64,000 nt of DNA, from assembly GCA_964533295.1 (NCBI GenBank), contig CAZHLM010000001.1, forward strand, positions 180,633 through 244,632, given 5' to 3'. Below the pieces are notes generated by a model. The model was not told where the DNA came from. It made no database searches and saw only the letters and a list, made by a program, of their open reading frames with translations. Positions within the stretch are counted from its first letter, which is position 1. Each line of letters opens with the position of its first letter. Source of the stretch: an uncultured Verrucomicrobiota bacterium. GTDB lineage: Bacteria > Verrucomicrobiota > Verrucomicrobiia > Palsa-1439. Shown here piece by piece: positions 26,108 to 34,946 of the stretch. The position numbers were made by a program, and so were the translations under genes.

Positions 26108-27592
26108 TCAGGCGCTCCGCCCAGCCGGCAGGCGCAGTGAGAAGCGTGCGCCGCGGGCTGGGCCGGTCGGGTGGGCCGTTGGGCTCTCCACCATTGCCTG
26201 GCCCCCGTGCGCCTCGGCAAGCTGCCGGACAATGGCGAGACCCAGGCCGGAGCCGCCCGTCGCCCGGTTTCGCGACTTCTCAGCCCGCCAGAATCGGTTG
26301 AAGACGTGGGGGAGATCCTCCGCCAGAAGGCCTGGTCCTTCGTCACGGACGGCCAGCTCGACGCCGCCGGGCGCAGGCCGGGCCTCGACAGCGACGCAGG
26401 TGCCCGCCCGCGTGTAGCGCAGCGCGTTGTCCACCAGGTTGCCCAGGGCCTGTGCCAGCCGCTCAGGATCGGCCTGGATTTCGGGTAGTCCCGGCGCTAC
26501 CTCGGTCGCCAGCGTGATGCCCTTCTCGCCGGCGCGCAGACGCAATCGATCTGTCACCTGCTGAACCAGCGCGCCCACATCCACCGGGCGCTTTTCCAAG
26601 CGCAGCTGCCTGGCCTCCGCCAGGGACAGCGTGCGCAGGTCGCCGATCAGCCGGTTGAGGAGCAAGGCTTCCTGGTGGAGGGAGGCCAACTCTTCTGAAC
26701 TGGCCGGCAGCACGCCGTCGAGCATCGCCTCCAGGTTGCTCTGCATCACCGACAGCGGGGTGCGCAGTTCGTGGGCAATGTCGGCGATCATGTTGCGGCG
26801 CTCGACGGCGTAGCCTTGCAGGGTCTCGGCCATCTGGTTGAAGGTGAGGGCGACCTGCCCGACCTCGTCTTTGTCGCCGACCCACGCGCGCCGACTCAGA
26901 TCACCCTGGGTAATGCCACGCGCGGCGGCGGACAGACTGCGCAAAGGTCGGATGATCTGAAAGAAGAGAATAGATCCCATTACCAGCGCGACACCGCCCG
27001 CCGCCAGGCCGGCCCACAATACGGAGCGATTGACTGCGCCAAGAAAATCACCGGCCGGTGTGGCGGGCGCGTCGAACGGCGTGACGATCAACGTGCCGAC
27101 GCGCCGTTGCTCGACCGTGATCGGCATCCCCCGCGCAACGTCGTCGGCCGGCAAACGGGTTCCGACCAGCGCCCCGGCCGTGTCCGCCACCACCAACGCC
27201 TCGGCGTCGGTAAGAATCAACCGGTTGCCGGAGGCGGCCCACATGTTATCGCTCATCATGCCGGGCTCATTCCACCATCCCCCCATGCCTTCCATCATGT
27301 CCATGCCGTCCCCCATCATGTCCCCCATCCAGCCCTCTCCGCCTGTGCCGCCAGCCGCCCACGGATTCTGCAAAACCGTTTCAACGCCACTCCACGAACC
27401 GGAACGCGCGTAGTAGCCGGCCAGCGCCGGGGCCAGCCAGGCCGCCCACTGACGTCCGCTCTGGGTCACGTACAACTCAAACTGCCCGGTCGTCGCCCGG
27501 CTGACCAGGAAGACGACCATGCCGGTACCGACGACGATGACCAGCGCAAACGCCCCCATCAGCTTGATCCACAAACTGCGCGTCATCCTCAC
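26108..27592 (-). CDS. two-component sensor histidine kinase with Met/Gly/Trp-rich periplasmic sensor domain
   Basis: Two TM helices, HAMP, H-box ADIAHELRTPL, N/G1/G2 boxes. The periplasmic loop contains GWMGDMMGDGMDMMEGMGGWWNEPGMMSDNMW. Confidence 0.85.
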   Translation of the reverse strand: MRMTRSLWIKLMGAFALVIVVGTGMVVFLVSRATTGQFELYVTQSGRQWAAWLAPALAGYYARSGSWSGVETVLQNPWAAGGTGGEGWMGDMMGDGMDMMEGMGGWWNEPGMMSDNMWAASGNRLILTDAEALVVADTAGALVGTRLPADDVARGMPITVEQRRVGTLIVTPFDAPATPAGDFLGAVNRSVLWAGLAAGGVALVMGSILFFQIIRPLRSLSAAARGITQGDLSRRAWVGDKDEVGQVALTFNQMAETLQGYAVERRNMIADIAHELRTPLSVMQSNLEAMLDGVLPASSEELASLHQEALLLNRLIGDLRTLSLAEARQLRLEKRPVDVGALVQQVTDRLRLRAGEKGITLATEVAPGLPEIQADPERLAQALGNLVDNALRYTRAGTCVAVEARPAPGGVELAVRDEGPGLLAEDLPHVFNRFWRAEKSRNRATGGSGLGLAIVRQLAEAHGGQAMVESPTAHPTGPARGARFSLRLPAGRSA

Positions 27593-28347
27593 GCCTCCGC
27601 AAACTTGTAGCCGACGCCATACACGGTAAGAAGGTAGCGCGGCTCGCGTGGATCGGGTTCGATCTTCTGCCGCAGATTCTTCACGTGCTGGTCAATGGTG
27701 CGCTCATAGCCTTCATACGTTGGCCCCTGCGCTTGTTCGAGCAGTTGGGCACGCGTATAGACTCGTCCCGGATAGCGCACGAAGGCCACCAGCAGATCGA
27801 ACTCGTTGGGGGTCAACTCGACCGGTTTGCCGGAAACGGTGACGGTGTGCCGTTGAAGGTCTAGGCGGATATCAGAGGCTTCGATGAACTCTGGGGGCGC
27901 CCCGGGTTGTTCGGCGCGGCGCAGAACGGCGCGCACCCGGGCCACGACTTCGCGCGGCGAGAACGGCTTGGGGATGTAGTCGTCGGCGCCCAGTTCGAGT
28001 CCAATGAGCCGGTCCACTTCTTCGCTCCGGGCGGTGAGCATGATGATGGGCACGTTGGAGTCGCGCCGAAGTGTCCGGCACACATCCAGACCATCCTGCT
28101 CACCCGGCAGGTTCAGGTCGAGCAATACCAGCGCCGGCTTCTCATGGCGGAAGGCGGCCAGCCCTTGTGCGCCATCGGTGGCCCACACGACGCTATATCC
28201 GGCCTGCTCCAGATAGAGCCGCACGGTACGCATGATCTTCGCTTCATCTTCGATGATCAGAATCTTCTTCGCCACGGCCGTATAACGCAACGCAGGGGCG
28301 TCGCACGCTGTGCGAACGCCCCACGTCTGAATGATCGGATCAGGCAA
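27589..28347 (-). CDS. OmpR-family response regulator (alternative GTG start at 28275)
   Basis: Receiver domain KILIIEDE...LLDLNLPG...PIIMLTA, winged-helix C-terminus. 4-nt overlap with the kinase gene. Confidence 0.85.
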   Translation of the reverse strand: MPDPIIQTWGVRTACDAPALRYTAVAKKILIIEDEAKIMRTVRLYLEQAGYSVVWATDGAQGLAAFRHEKPALVLLDLNLPGEQDGLDVCRTLRRDSNVPIIMLTARSEEVDRLIGLELGADDYIPKPFSPREVVARVRAVLRRAEQPGAPPEFIEASDIRLDLQRHTVTVSGKPVELTPNEFDLLVAFVRYPGRVYTRAQLLEQAQGPTYEGYERTIDQHVKNLRQKIEPDPREPRYLLTVYGVGYKFAEA

Positions 28348-28762
28348 GCTGCGCGCCGCAGTGCGGACAGTTGCGCCAATCCGTCTGGGCTGGCTGGCCG
28401 CAATTGGGACAGGCGCGTGACGGTCCGGCGGCGGTGAGCGGGACAGTGTTGCGCGTCAGAGCCTGCACCCGCCACACGCCGCCGGCGACGAGCACCACGA
28501 GCAGGCCCAGTGGGAACAGCCCCATGAGGATCATGCCGATCCAGCCAACGGGGTTGATGCCCATCATGCCAGGGCCGCCCCAGCCGCCCAGACCTGCTCC
28601 GGGCACCAGGGTCATCCCCAGGCCATTCCAGCCGCAGCCATTATAGCCCCAGCCGCCTGCTCGTCCCCAGAGCAGGGGGACCAGCAGATTCGCCCCGAGC
28701 GCGAGCGCCAGCAGGGTTATCCCACCAATCACCAGCCCACGCGTCCAGTTCATGTTTTTCAT
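28340..28762 (-). CDS. small membrane protein with Gly/Trp/Met-rich loop (GWGYNGCGWNG...GGPGMMGINPVGW) and C-terminal zinc ribbon (CPNCG...CPHCG)
   Basis: 140 aa. TM1, low-complexity G/W/M segment, TM2, then CxxC-x10-CxxC. Confidence 0.6.
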   Translation of the reverse strand: MKNMNWTRGLVIGGITLLALALGANLLVPLLWGRAGGWGYNGCGWNGLGMTLVPGAGLGGWGGPGMMGINPVGWIGMILMGLFPLGLLVVLVAGGVWRVQALTRNTVPLTAAGPSRACPNCGQPAQTDWRNCPHCGAQLA

Positions 28763-28794
28763 GATCTATTCTCCGAGGTAAGTTTTCGTTCGAC

Positions 28795-29757
28795 CTACGG
28801 TATAAGAATTAGCTGATCTATGTAGGGGCCGTATTGTTTGTGATACCAGACCTCGCCCGTTAGGCCGCTGACGCTGACCATCCCGATGATCTGATCGGCC
28901 TGCCAGACATCGAAAGTGTAGTAGCCGTAGAAGGTCAGCGGGTCGCCAGCCGTCGCGCCGGGCACATTGAGGTCGAGCGAAGCCTGGGCGATTTGTCTCG
29001 CCTGCTCAGCCGTAACGGTCATCTCCCTGGCTGCTCCCTGACCATAACGAGAGTTCCAACTGACGTTGGGGCCCGGCTCGGGCCAGACCTGTCCGGTGGC
29101 CGGGTCAACCATCAGGGCAAATGCGTGGCGGCCGGTGCTCTGCTCGCGAACGCGTGCATAGTATCCATCGCCAAACCGGATCACTTCGGCCAGCGACAGA
29201 TCGGGGTTGTTGAACGCGACCAGATAAGCCCGCACGGCTTGCGCGGCGGCGTCCAGAGAAGCGATGGGCTGAGCCGTGCTGGGAAGCGTCTGAGAGTGGT
29301 CACGATAGCTATTGTTCCCTCTATATCCGCCCATCCCCCAACCATCGTTCATCATGCCGCCCCGCATCCCCCAGTTCCCATTCATCGCACCGGGCATACT
29401 ATAACCGGGCGCAGCGTTGTACTGTGGGGACATGCCAGGCCTCATCTCCCAGTCGTCCCAACCCCTGTTTCCCATGCTGCCGGTCCAGCCGCCGTAGCCA
29501 CCCGGCCATCCGTCAGGTTGCGGCGGCGTCGCAGAGCTGGGGGCAATCGGGCCATTGTCCGCAGCCAGCGGCAACAGTGTGGTGGTTTGAGATGGCAAAT
29601 CGGCGCTGGTCAACGGTGAGGCTGTGGACAACGGCTCGACCACAATAGCCGCCCGCCTCGCTGGAGCTAACGCCATCCCCGACGCTAACCCGGCAGACGC
29701 CAGCACGACGCCGCCAACGACAAAGCCCAACACTCTGAAGATAGTGGTGCGGTTCAT
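28795..29757 (-). CDS. secreted/anchored protein with Met/Gly/Trp-rich region followed by two PepSY-like domains
   Basis: N-terminal hydrophobic anchor. Region GWPGGYGGWTGSMGNRGWDDWEMRPGMSP...GMRGGMMNDGWGMGGY. The C-terminal about 170 aa has PepSY-like alpha/beta pattern. Confidence 0.5.
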   Translation of the reverse strand: MNRTTIFRVLGFVVGGVVLASAGLASGMALAPARRAAIVVEPLSTASPLTSADLPSQTTTLLPLAADNGPIAPSSATPPQPDGWPGGYGGWTGSMGNRGWDDWEMRPGMSPQYNAAPGYSMPGAMNGNWGMRGGMMNDGWGMGGYRGNNSYRDHSQTLPSTAQPIASLDAAAQAVRAYLVAFNNPDLSLAEVIRFGDGYYARVREQSTGRHAFALMVDPATGQVWPEPGPNVSWNSRYGQGAAREMTVTAEQARQIAQASLDLNVPGATAGDPLTFYGYYTFDVWQADQIIGMVSVSGLTGEVWYHKQYGPYIDQLILIP

Positions 29758-29772
29758 CGCGCTTATTCCGTT

Positions 29773-30411
29773 TCAGTTGTTGGGCGCGCCGGCTGCCACC
29801 CAGTTCACGAGTGTCTGAATCTGCGCCTGGGTCAGCGACGGGCCGCCATAGGGCATATAGCCGCTGGCGACATACTGAATCAGGCGACTGCCAACCGGGT
29901 CACCCGGAAGGATGACCGGCCCATTCGTACTGCCACGCAGCACGCTGTCGTAGTCGGTCAGGTACAGGCCGCGCGCGCCGCCGTGACAGGCCACACACCG
30001 CGCCTCGAAGATCGGTTGAATGTCTTTCTGGAATGAAACCGATGTGGTAGTCGGTGCGGGAACTGTTGACGTGATGGCGGTCGAACGGCCCCAGTACCCA
30101 TGCATCGGCATCATGCCCATTCGCATCGAGCCCATCCCCCAACCGCCCCAATCTTCACGCCAGCTGCCATTGCCACAACAGCCGTTCATCATCCCCGGCC
30201 CGCCCCAGCGCATCCCTGATCTCGACCCCCAACCCCACGGATCACCCCCTGTGTTGCCGGGATTGGGGTTGATATACGCGCCGGGTGACATGGGGGTTGG
30301 GACTGCGACCGATCCACGCGATTGGGCCAGGGCCACCCCGGCAAAAAAGAACGCGCCAGTCAGCACGAGGGCCAACGCTGCCACAAGACCAACGGAAAGT
30401 ATTTTGCGCAT
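29773..30411 (-). CDS. secreted mono-heme c-type cytochrome with N-terminal Met/Gly/Trp/Cys-rich region
   Basis: Signal peptide. GPGMMNGCCGNGSWREDWGGWGMGSMRMGMMPMHGYWG. Heme site CVACHG plus distal MPYGG Met ligand. Confidence 0.65.
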   Translation of the reverse strand: MRKILSVGLVAALALVLTGAFFFAGVALAQSRGSVAVPTPMSPGAYINPNPGNTGGDPWGWGSRSGMRWGGPGMMNGCCGNGSWREDWGGWGMGSMRMGMMPMHGYWGRSTAITSTVPAPTTTSVSFQKDIQPIFEARCVACHGGARGLYLTDYDSVLRGSTNGPVILPGDPVGSRLIQYVASGYMPYGGPSLTQAQIQTLVNWVAAGAPNN

Positions 30412-30655
30412 GATCTACCTCCAGGGCTGTTCTCGAGTTTCTGGCGGCAGTCTAGCGGGAGATTGTGTAGAAGCTGTGAGACTGATTTGAGATTGGCGTA
30501 TACCGGACCCTTGACACCACTCAAGCACCAACCATCATTCCATCCACTAATATGAGTATCTTGGTCGGCCTTGTCCGCTCTAGCCGGTGACACTTATTCT
30601 GTTTTCAGGGTGACATTATCCACATGATGAGCAGGGTGCCTCTGCCTATCATCGC

Positions 30656-30669
30656 TAATGAGAATGACT
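30656..30669. promoter_or_regulatory. Fur-box-like sequence TAATGAGAATGACT upstream of fur (putative autoregulation)
   Basis: 11/14 match to a TAATGATAATCATT half-consensus. Lies 33-46 nt upstream of the probable fur start, in the divergent region shared with the Met-rich operon. Confidence 0.25.
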
Positions 30670-30701
30670 TGCAACAGCAACAACCCAACGGACGGTCTCC
30701 C

Positions 30702-31151
30702 ATGACCACTCACGCCGAAACGCTTGCCACCCTACGCGCCACCGGTCACCGCATCACGCCCCAGCGCCAGATCGTGCTGGAGGTGGTCGAAACCAGCGGC
30801 GAGCACCTGGACGCCGAGGCCATCTATCAGCGGGCGCGGCAGAACGACCCCAGCATCAGCCTGGCTACGGTCTATCGCACCCTCACGGTCCTCAAAGACA
30901 TGGGCTTGATCGAGCAGCGTTATCTGGCCCGAGATCATGCCCGCGAGCACTACGAACCCGTGGGCGCGCCCGAACACTATCACTTCACCTGCCTGGGCTG
31001 CCGCAAGGTCGTTGAATTCCAAAGCCCGCGCGTGAAACAGATGCGCGCTGAATTGCAGCAGGAATTGGGGTTAGAAGTCTCACACGCCTGTATCTGCCTG
31101 GAAGGATACTGTCAGACCTGCGCGGCGAAACGTCAAGCCGCAAAGGAATAG
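30702..31151 (+). CDS. Fur-family transcriptional regulator
   Basis: Internal ATG 30702 (MTTHAETLATL...). DNA-binding helix TPQRQIVLEVV, HxH/CxxC metal sites (HYHFTCLGC...CICLEGYCQTC). Confidence 0.8.
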   Translation: MTTHAETLATLRATGHRITPQRQIVLEVVETSGEHLDAEAIYQRARQNDPSISLATVYRTLTVLKDMGLIEQRYLARDHAREHYEPVGAPEHYHFTCLGCRKVVEFQSPRVKQMRAELQQELGLEVSHACICLEGYCQTCAAKRQAAKE

Positions 31152-31160
31152 GGGATCCTG

Positions 31161-32450
31161 ATGGAAGCCTTTGTCATCACCTTGCGCGAGGGAATGGAGG
31201 CCGCCCTCGTGGTCGGCCTCATCCTCACTTACCTCAGCCGTACCGGGCGGACCGGGTTGCGCCGCTGGGTGTATGCCGGGCTGGGCCTGGCGGCCGCCGC
31301 CAGCCTCCTGGGCGCGGCCGGTTTCAACCTGGCCGGGTTTGACCCGGAGAACGAAGTCCTGGAAGGCACGTTGCTGGCCGTCGCCGCCGTGCTCGTGTTC
31401 AGCCTGGTCGTGTGGATGTGGCGCGCTGCGCGGGGACTCAAACAGCACATCGAGGGGCGGCTGGACTCGCTCACGGCGCCAACCGGCCAGACCAGACGGC
31501 AAGGCTGGGGCCTGCTGGCCTTTGTCTTCTTCATGGTCTTCCGCGAGGGCGTGGAGATGATCCTCTTTCTGGCCGCGCTCTCGCTGGCAGAGACGCCTGA
31601 CCTGGTGGGCCTGATCGGCGGGCTGACCGGGTTGGGGCTGGCCGGGTTGTTTGGCGTCATGTTCGTGAAGGGCAGCCTGCGGATCAACCTGCGCCGCTTC
31701 TTCGCCGTTACCGGTTTTGTGCTGATGGTGCTCGTCGTGCGGCTGGCCGCCGGAAGCCTGCACGAATTCTTCGAGGTCGGGCTGCTGCCGAGCACGCCCG
31801 CGCTCCTGGCCGTGATCGGCTTCATCGTCAAAGACAGCACCTCCACGCTGATCCTCATCGCATTGGTGGCCTTGCCCGTGCTCACCATGCTGCCCGAGAT
31901 GCGCCTGCGCCCGGCGGCGCTGGCCGCGCTCCCGGATGAAACTGGACCGGAGCGGCGCAAGCGCCTGGCCACGCTCTATCGCTCGCGGAACTGGCAGGCG
32001 GCGCTCGTGAGCGTGACGCTGGCGACGGTGCTGCCGCTGGGCACGGCCGCCTATGCGATGGGCCGGGCCGCCTACCGGCCCGATCCTCAGGCCGTAGCGG
32101 TACGCGATGACGGGATGGTGCATATCCCCGTGGAGGCCCTCATCCCCGGCCAGCTCAACCTGTATTTCTATCAAGGCACCGAGGTGGATGTGACCTTCAT
32201 GGTCATCAAGCGCGACGAGGACGACATCGCGGTGGCGCTCAACGCCTGCGGCATCTGCCCCCCGCGCGGTTACCATCAGGAGGGTGGGACGCTGATCTGC
32301 GACAACTGCAATGCCCCGATCAATATGGAAACTGTGGGCATGCCGGGTGGGTGCAACCCGGTCCCACTGACGGCTTCTCTGGCCGGGGGCGAGGTGCTGA
32401 TTGCCGCCGCCGACCTCGAGGGCGCGCAGACCGTCTTCGCGGCGAGGTGA
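31161..32450 (+). CDS. FTR1/EfeU-family high-affinity iron permease fused to a C-terminal DUF2318-like Cys-rich domain
   Basis: Two REGxE motifs (TLREGMEAALVV, FREGVEMILFLAAL) in a 7-TM core. C-terminal about 160 aa with CGICPPRGY...CDNCNAPI. Confidence 0.75.
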   Translation: MEAFVITLREGMEAALVVGLILTYLSRTGRTGLRRWVYAGLGLAAAASLLGAAGFNLAGFDPENEVLEGTLLAVAAVLVFSLVVWMWRAARGLKQHIEGRLDSLTAPTGQTRRQGWGLLAFVFFMVFREGVEMILFLAALSLAETPDLVGLIGGLTGLGLAGLFGVMFVKGSLRINLRRFFAVTGFVLMVLVVRLAAGSLHEFFEVGLLPSTPALLAVIGFIVKDSTSTLILIALVALPVLTMLPEMRLRPAALAALPDETGPERRKRLATLYRSRNWQAALVSVTLATVLPLGTAAYAMGRAAYRPDPQAVAVRDDGMVHIPVEALIPGQLNLYFYQGTEVDVTFMVIKRDEDDIAVALNACGICPPRGYHQEGGTLICDNCNAPINMETVGMPGGCNPVPLTASLAGGEVLIAAADLEGAQTVFAAR

Positions 32451-32457
32451 GCGTCCT

Positions 32458-33792
32458 ATGCTGCTGCGCCTTCTCAAAGACACACTGCGCCGCCGAACCC
32501 GCCGCCTGCTTGTCGCCATGCTGGCCGTGACCACCGGCGCCTCGCTGGCCGCTGCGCTGCTGGGCATCTCGCTCGACATCACCGGCCAGATGGGCCGCGA
32601 ACTGCGCGCGTACGGGGCGAACATCCTCGCCTCGCCCGCCAATGGCGATCTGAGACTAGAGATCGGTGGGGTGCCGCTGCGGGTGTCGGGCGAGCGAGTG
32701 CTGCTGGACGAAAACGAATTGGTGAAGTTGAAGACCATCTTCTGGCGGCACAACATCGTGGGCTTTGCGCCGTACCTCACTGCCCTCGCCCAGGTGAACG
32801 GTCAGACCGTGGCCGTCACCGGGACGTGGTTCGACAAGCCCCTCACTCTGCCCAAAGGCGCCGCCATCCGCACTGGCTTTGCCAAGACAGAGGGCGCGTC
32901 TGACGAGGCCACCTTCCGCACGGGCGTCAAGACCATCGCGCCGTGGTGGCAGGTGCAGGGCGATTGGTTGCAGGACGACGATCAGGGATCGGCGATGGTT
33001 GGGGCGGGGCTGGCCCGGCGGATGGGCTGGCAGGTCGGAGACCAGATCGCGCTCACGGTCGAGGACCGGGCCGCCCGCTTCCGGATCATCGGCCTCGTCA
33101 GCACCGGTGGCTACGAGGAAGATCAGGTCTTCGTCGCCCTCCCGGCGGCGCAGGCGCTCCTGAACCTCTCGCAGGGCGCGGATCGCGTGCAGATCAGCGC
33201 GCTGGTCGAGCCGGACGCAAATCTGCGCCCTGACCTGCGCGGCCTCGATCCCGCCGAGATGACGCCCGAACAGTACGCGACGTGGTACTGCTCGCCGATC
33301 ATGGGCGCGGTGCTCACACAAATCAAGGAAGTTCTGCCAGACGCCGATGTGCGCCCGATCCGCCAGATCAGCCAGGCCGAGGTAGATTTCCTCGGCAAGA
33401 TCGGCCTGCTGATGACGCTGCTCGCGATCGCGGCGCTGAGCGGCTCGGCGCTGGCGGTGATGACGGTGATGACGGCTTCGGTGATGGAGCGCCGGGCCGA
33501 GATCGGGCTGATGAAAGCCCTCGGCGCGGACGACGGCCACATCGCCCTCATCTTCCTCAGCGAAGCGGCGCTGATCGGGTTGGCCGGCGGCGCGGCGGGC
33601 TACCTGCTCGGCCTGGGGCTGGCGCAGGGGCTGGTCCGCACGGTGTTTTCGGTCGGCGGGGACGCGCAAAGCGCGCCCGTCGTCCTGCCGATCACGCTGC
33701 TCCTGGCGCTGGCCGTGGCCTTATTGGGCAGCGCTCTGCCGGTGCGCCAAGCCGTGCGCTTCGATCCGGTGTTGTTGTTGCGAGGGAAATGA
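32458..33792 (+). CDS. ABC transporter permease, FtsX/MacB-like (first of two)
   Basis: ATG 32458 (MLLRLLKDTL...). N-terminal TM, large periplasmic domain, C-terminal 3-TM FtsX bundle. Confidence 0.75.
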   Translation: MLLRLLKDTLRRRTRRLLVAMLAVTTGASLAAALLGISLDITGQMGRELRAYGANILASPANGDLRLEIGGVPLRVSGERVLLDENELVKLKTIFWRHNIVGFAPYLTALAQVNGQTVAVTGTWFDKPLTLPKGAAIRTGFAKTEGASDEATFRTGVKTIAPWWQVQGDWLQDDDQGSAMVGAGLARRMGWQVGDQIALTVEDRAARFRIIGLVSTGGYEEDQVFVALPAAQALLNLSQGADRVQISALVEPDANLRPDLRGLDPAEMTPEQYATWYCSPIMGAVLTQIKEVLPDADVRPIRQISQAEVDFLGKIGLLMTLLAIAALSGSALAVMTVMTASVMERRAEIGLMKALGADDGHIALIFLSEAALIGLAGGAAGYLLGLGLAQGLVRTVFSVGGDAQSAPVVLPITLLLALAVALLGSALPVRQAVRFDPVLLLRGK

Positions 33793-34946
33793 GTATGCAC
33801 TTTGCATGGCGAATTCTTTCCGGCTCGCTTCGGCATCAACGCGCGCGCCTGAGCATCGCGGCGCTGGCGATGGCGCTGGGCAGTGCGCTCGTCTCAGGGC
33901 TGCTGAACCTGTCCGGCGACATCGGCGGGCAGGTCGGGCGCGAGCTGCGCGCCTACGGAGCGAATCTCGTCATTCGCCCACGCGGGCCGTCGTTGCGCGT
34001 CGGCAGCGGTGAGCTGGACTTTGGGGCGGTTTCAGCCCCGGCGACGATCCGCGAATCGGATCTCGAATCGGTCAAACGAGTCGAAGGCGTGGTCGGCCTG
34101 GTTCCATACCTGCACGCGGTGGTGGAGGTCGAGGGGCGTCCGGCCGTCCTTGCGGGTGTTGACCTGATGGCCGCTCGCGCGCTCAACGCGTGGTGGCAGG
34201 TGCAGGGGCGGTGGCCTGAAGTAAAGGATGAGGTTCTCATCGGCGGGCGAGCCGCGGCCGCGATGGGTCTCGAGCCGGGCGGAGTGATCACGGTCGGCTA
34301 TGGACGTGAAGCGCGAACGATGCGCCTCGTGGGTCTGCTCGAAACGGGCGGCGCGGAGGACGATCAATTCGTCGCCGATCTTCCCATGGTCCAATCGCTC
34401 ACCGATCAGTCTGGACAGGTTGGGCTGGTCATGGTCAGCGCACTGACCTCCGGCCGGCCGCTGGAGGCCGTGGCACAGGAAATCCAGACCCTCCTGCCCG
34501 ACGCGGAAGTGCGGACCCTGGCGCAGTTCGCCCAGGCCGAGGCGACGGTGCTGGATAAGGTGCGCCTGCTCATCGGTCTGGTAGCGGCGTTGGTGCTGAT
34601 CGCCGGCGCGCTGACCGTGGCCGGGACGCTCAACACGCTGGTGATCGAACGGCGAACGGAGATTGGCTTGATGAAGGCGCTGGGCGCCGCCGACCGGCGG
34701 GTGGCCGGCTTGTTCCTGGCTGAAGCGTTGTGCGTCGGCGCGATCGGAGGAGCCGTGGGATATCTGGCCGGCGTGGGTCTGGCCCTCCTCATCGGGCAAC
34801 AGGTCTTCGAGGCGATCATCATGCCCACGGCCTGGGCATTTCCGGGCACGCTGCTCGTGGGGCTGATCGTCACGCTGGTGGCCGGGCTTCTCCCGGTGAA
34901 GCGCGCATTGCAGATTGATCCCGTCAGGACATTGCGAGGCGAATAA
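33789..34946 (+). CDS. ABC transporter permease, FtsX/MacB-like (second)
   Basis: ATGA overlap with the upstream gene at 33789-33792. Same architecture: MSMHFAWRILSGSLRHQRARLSIAAL... Annotated ORF 33282..34946 is an out-of-context N-terminal extension. Confidence 0.75.
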   Translation: MSMHFAWRILSGSLRHQRARLSIAALAMALGSALVSGLLNLSGDIGGQVGRELRAYGANLVIRPRGPSLRVGSGELDFGAVSAPATIRESDLESVKRVEGVVGLVPYLHAVVEVEGRPAVLAGVDLMAARALNAWWQVQGRWPEVKDEVLIGGRAAAAMGLEPGGVITVGYGREARTMRLVGLLETGGAEDDQFVADLPMVQSLTDQSGQVGLVMVSALTSGRPLEAVAQEIQTLLPDAEVRTLAQFAQAEATVLDKVRLLIGLVAALVLIAGALTVAGTLNTLVIERRTEIGLMKALGAADRRVAGLFLAEALCVGAIGGAVGYLAGVGLALLIGQQVFEAIIMPTAWAFPGTLLVGLIVTLVAGLLPVKRALQIDPVRTLRGE

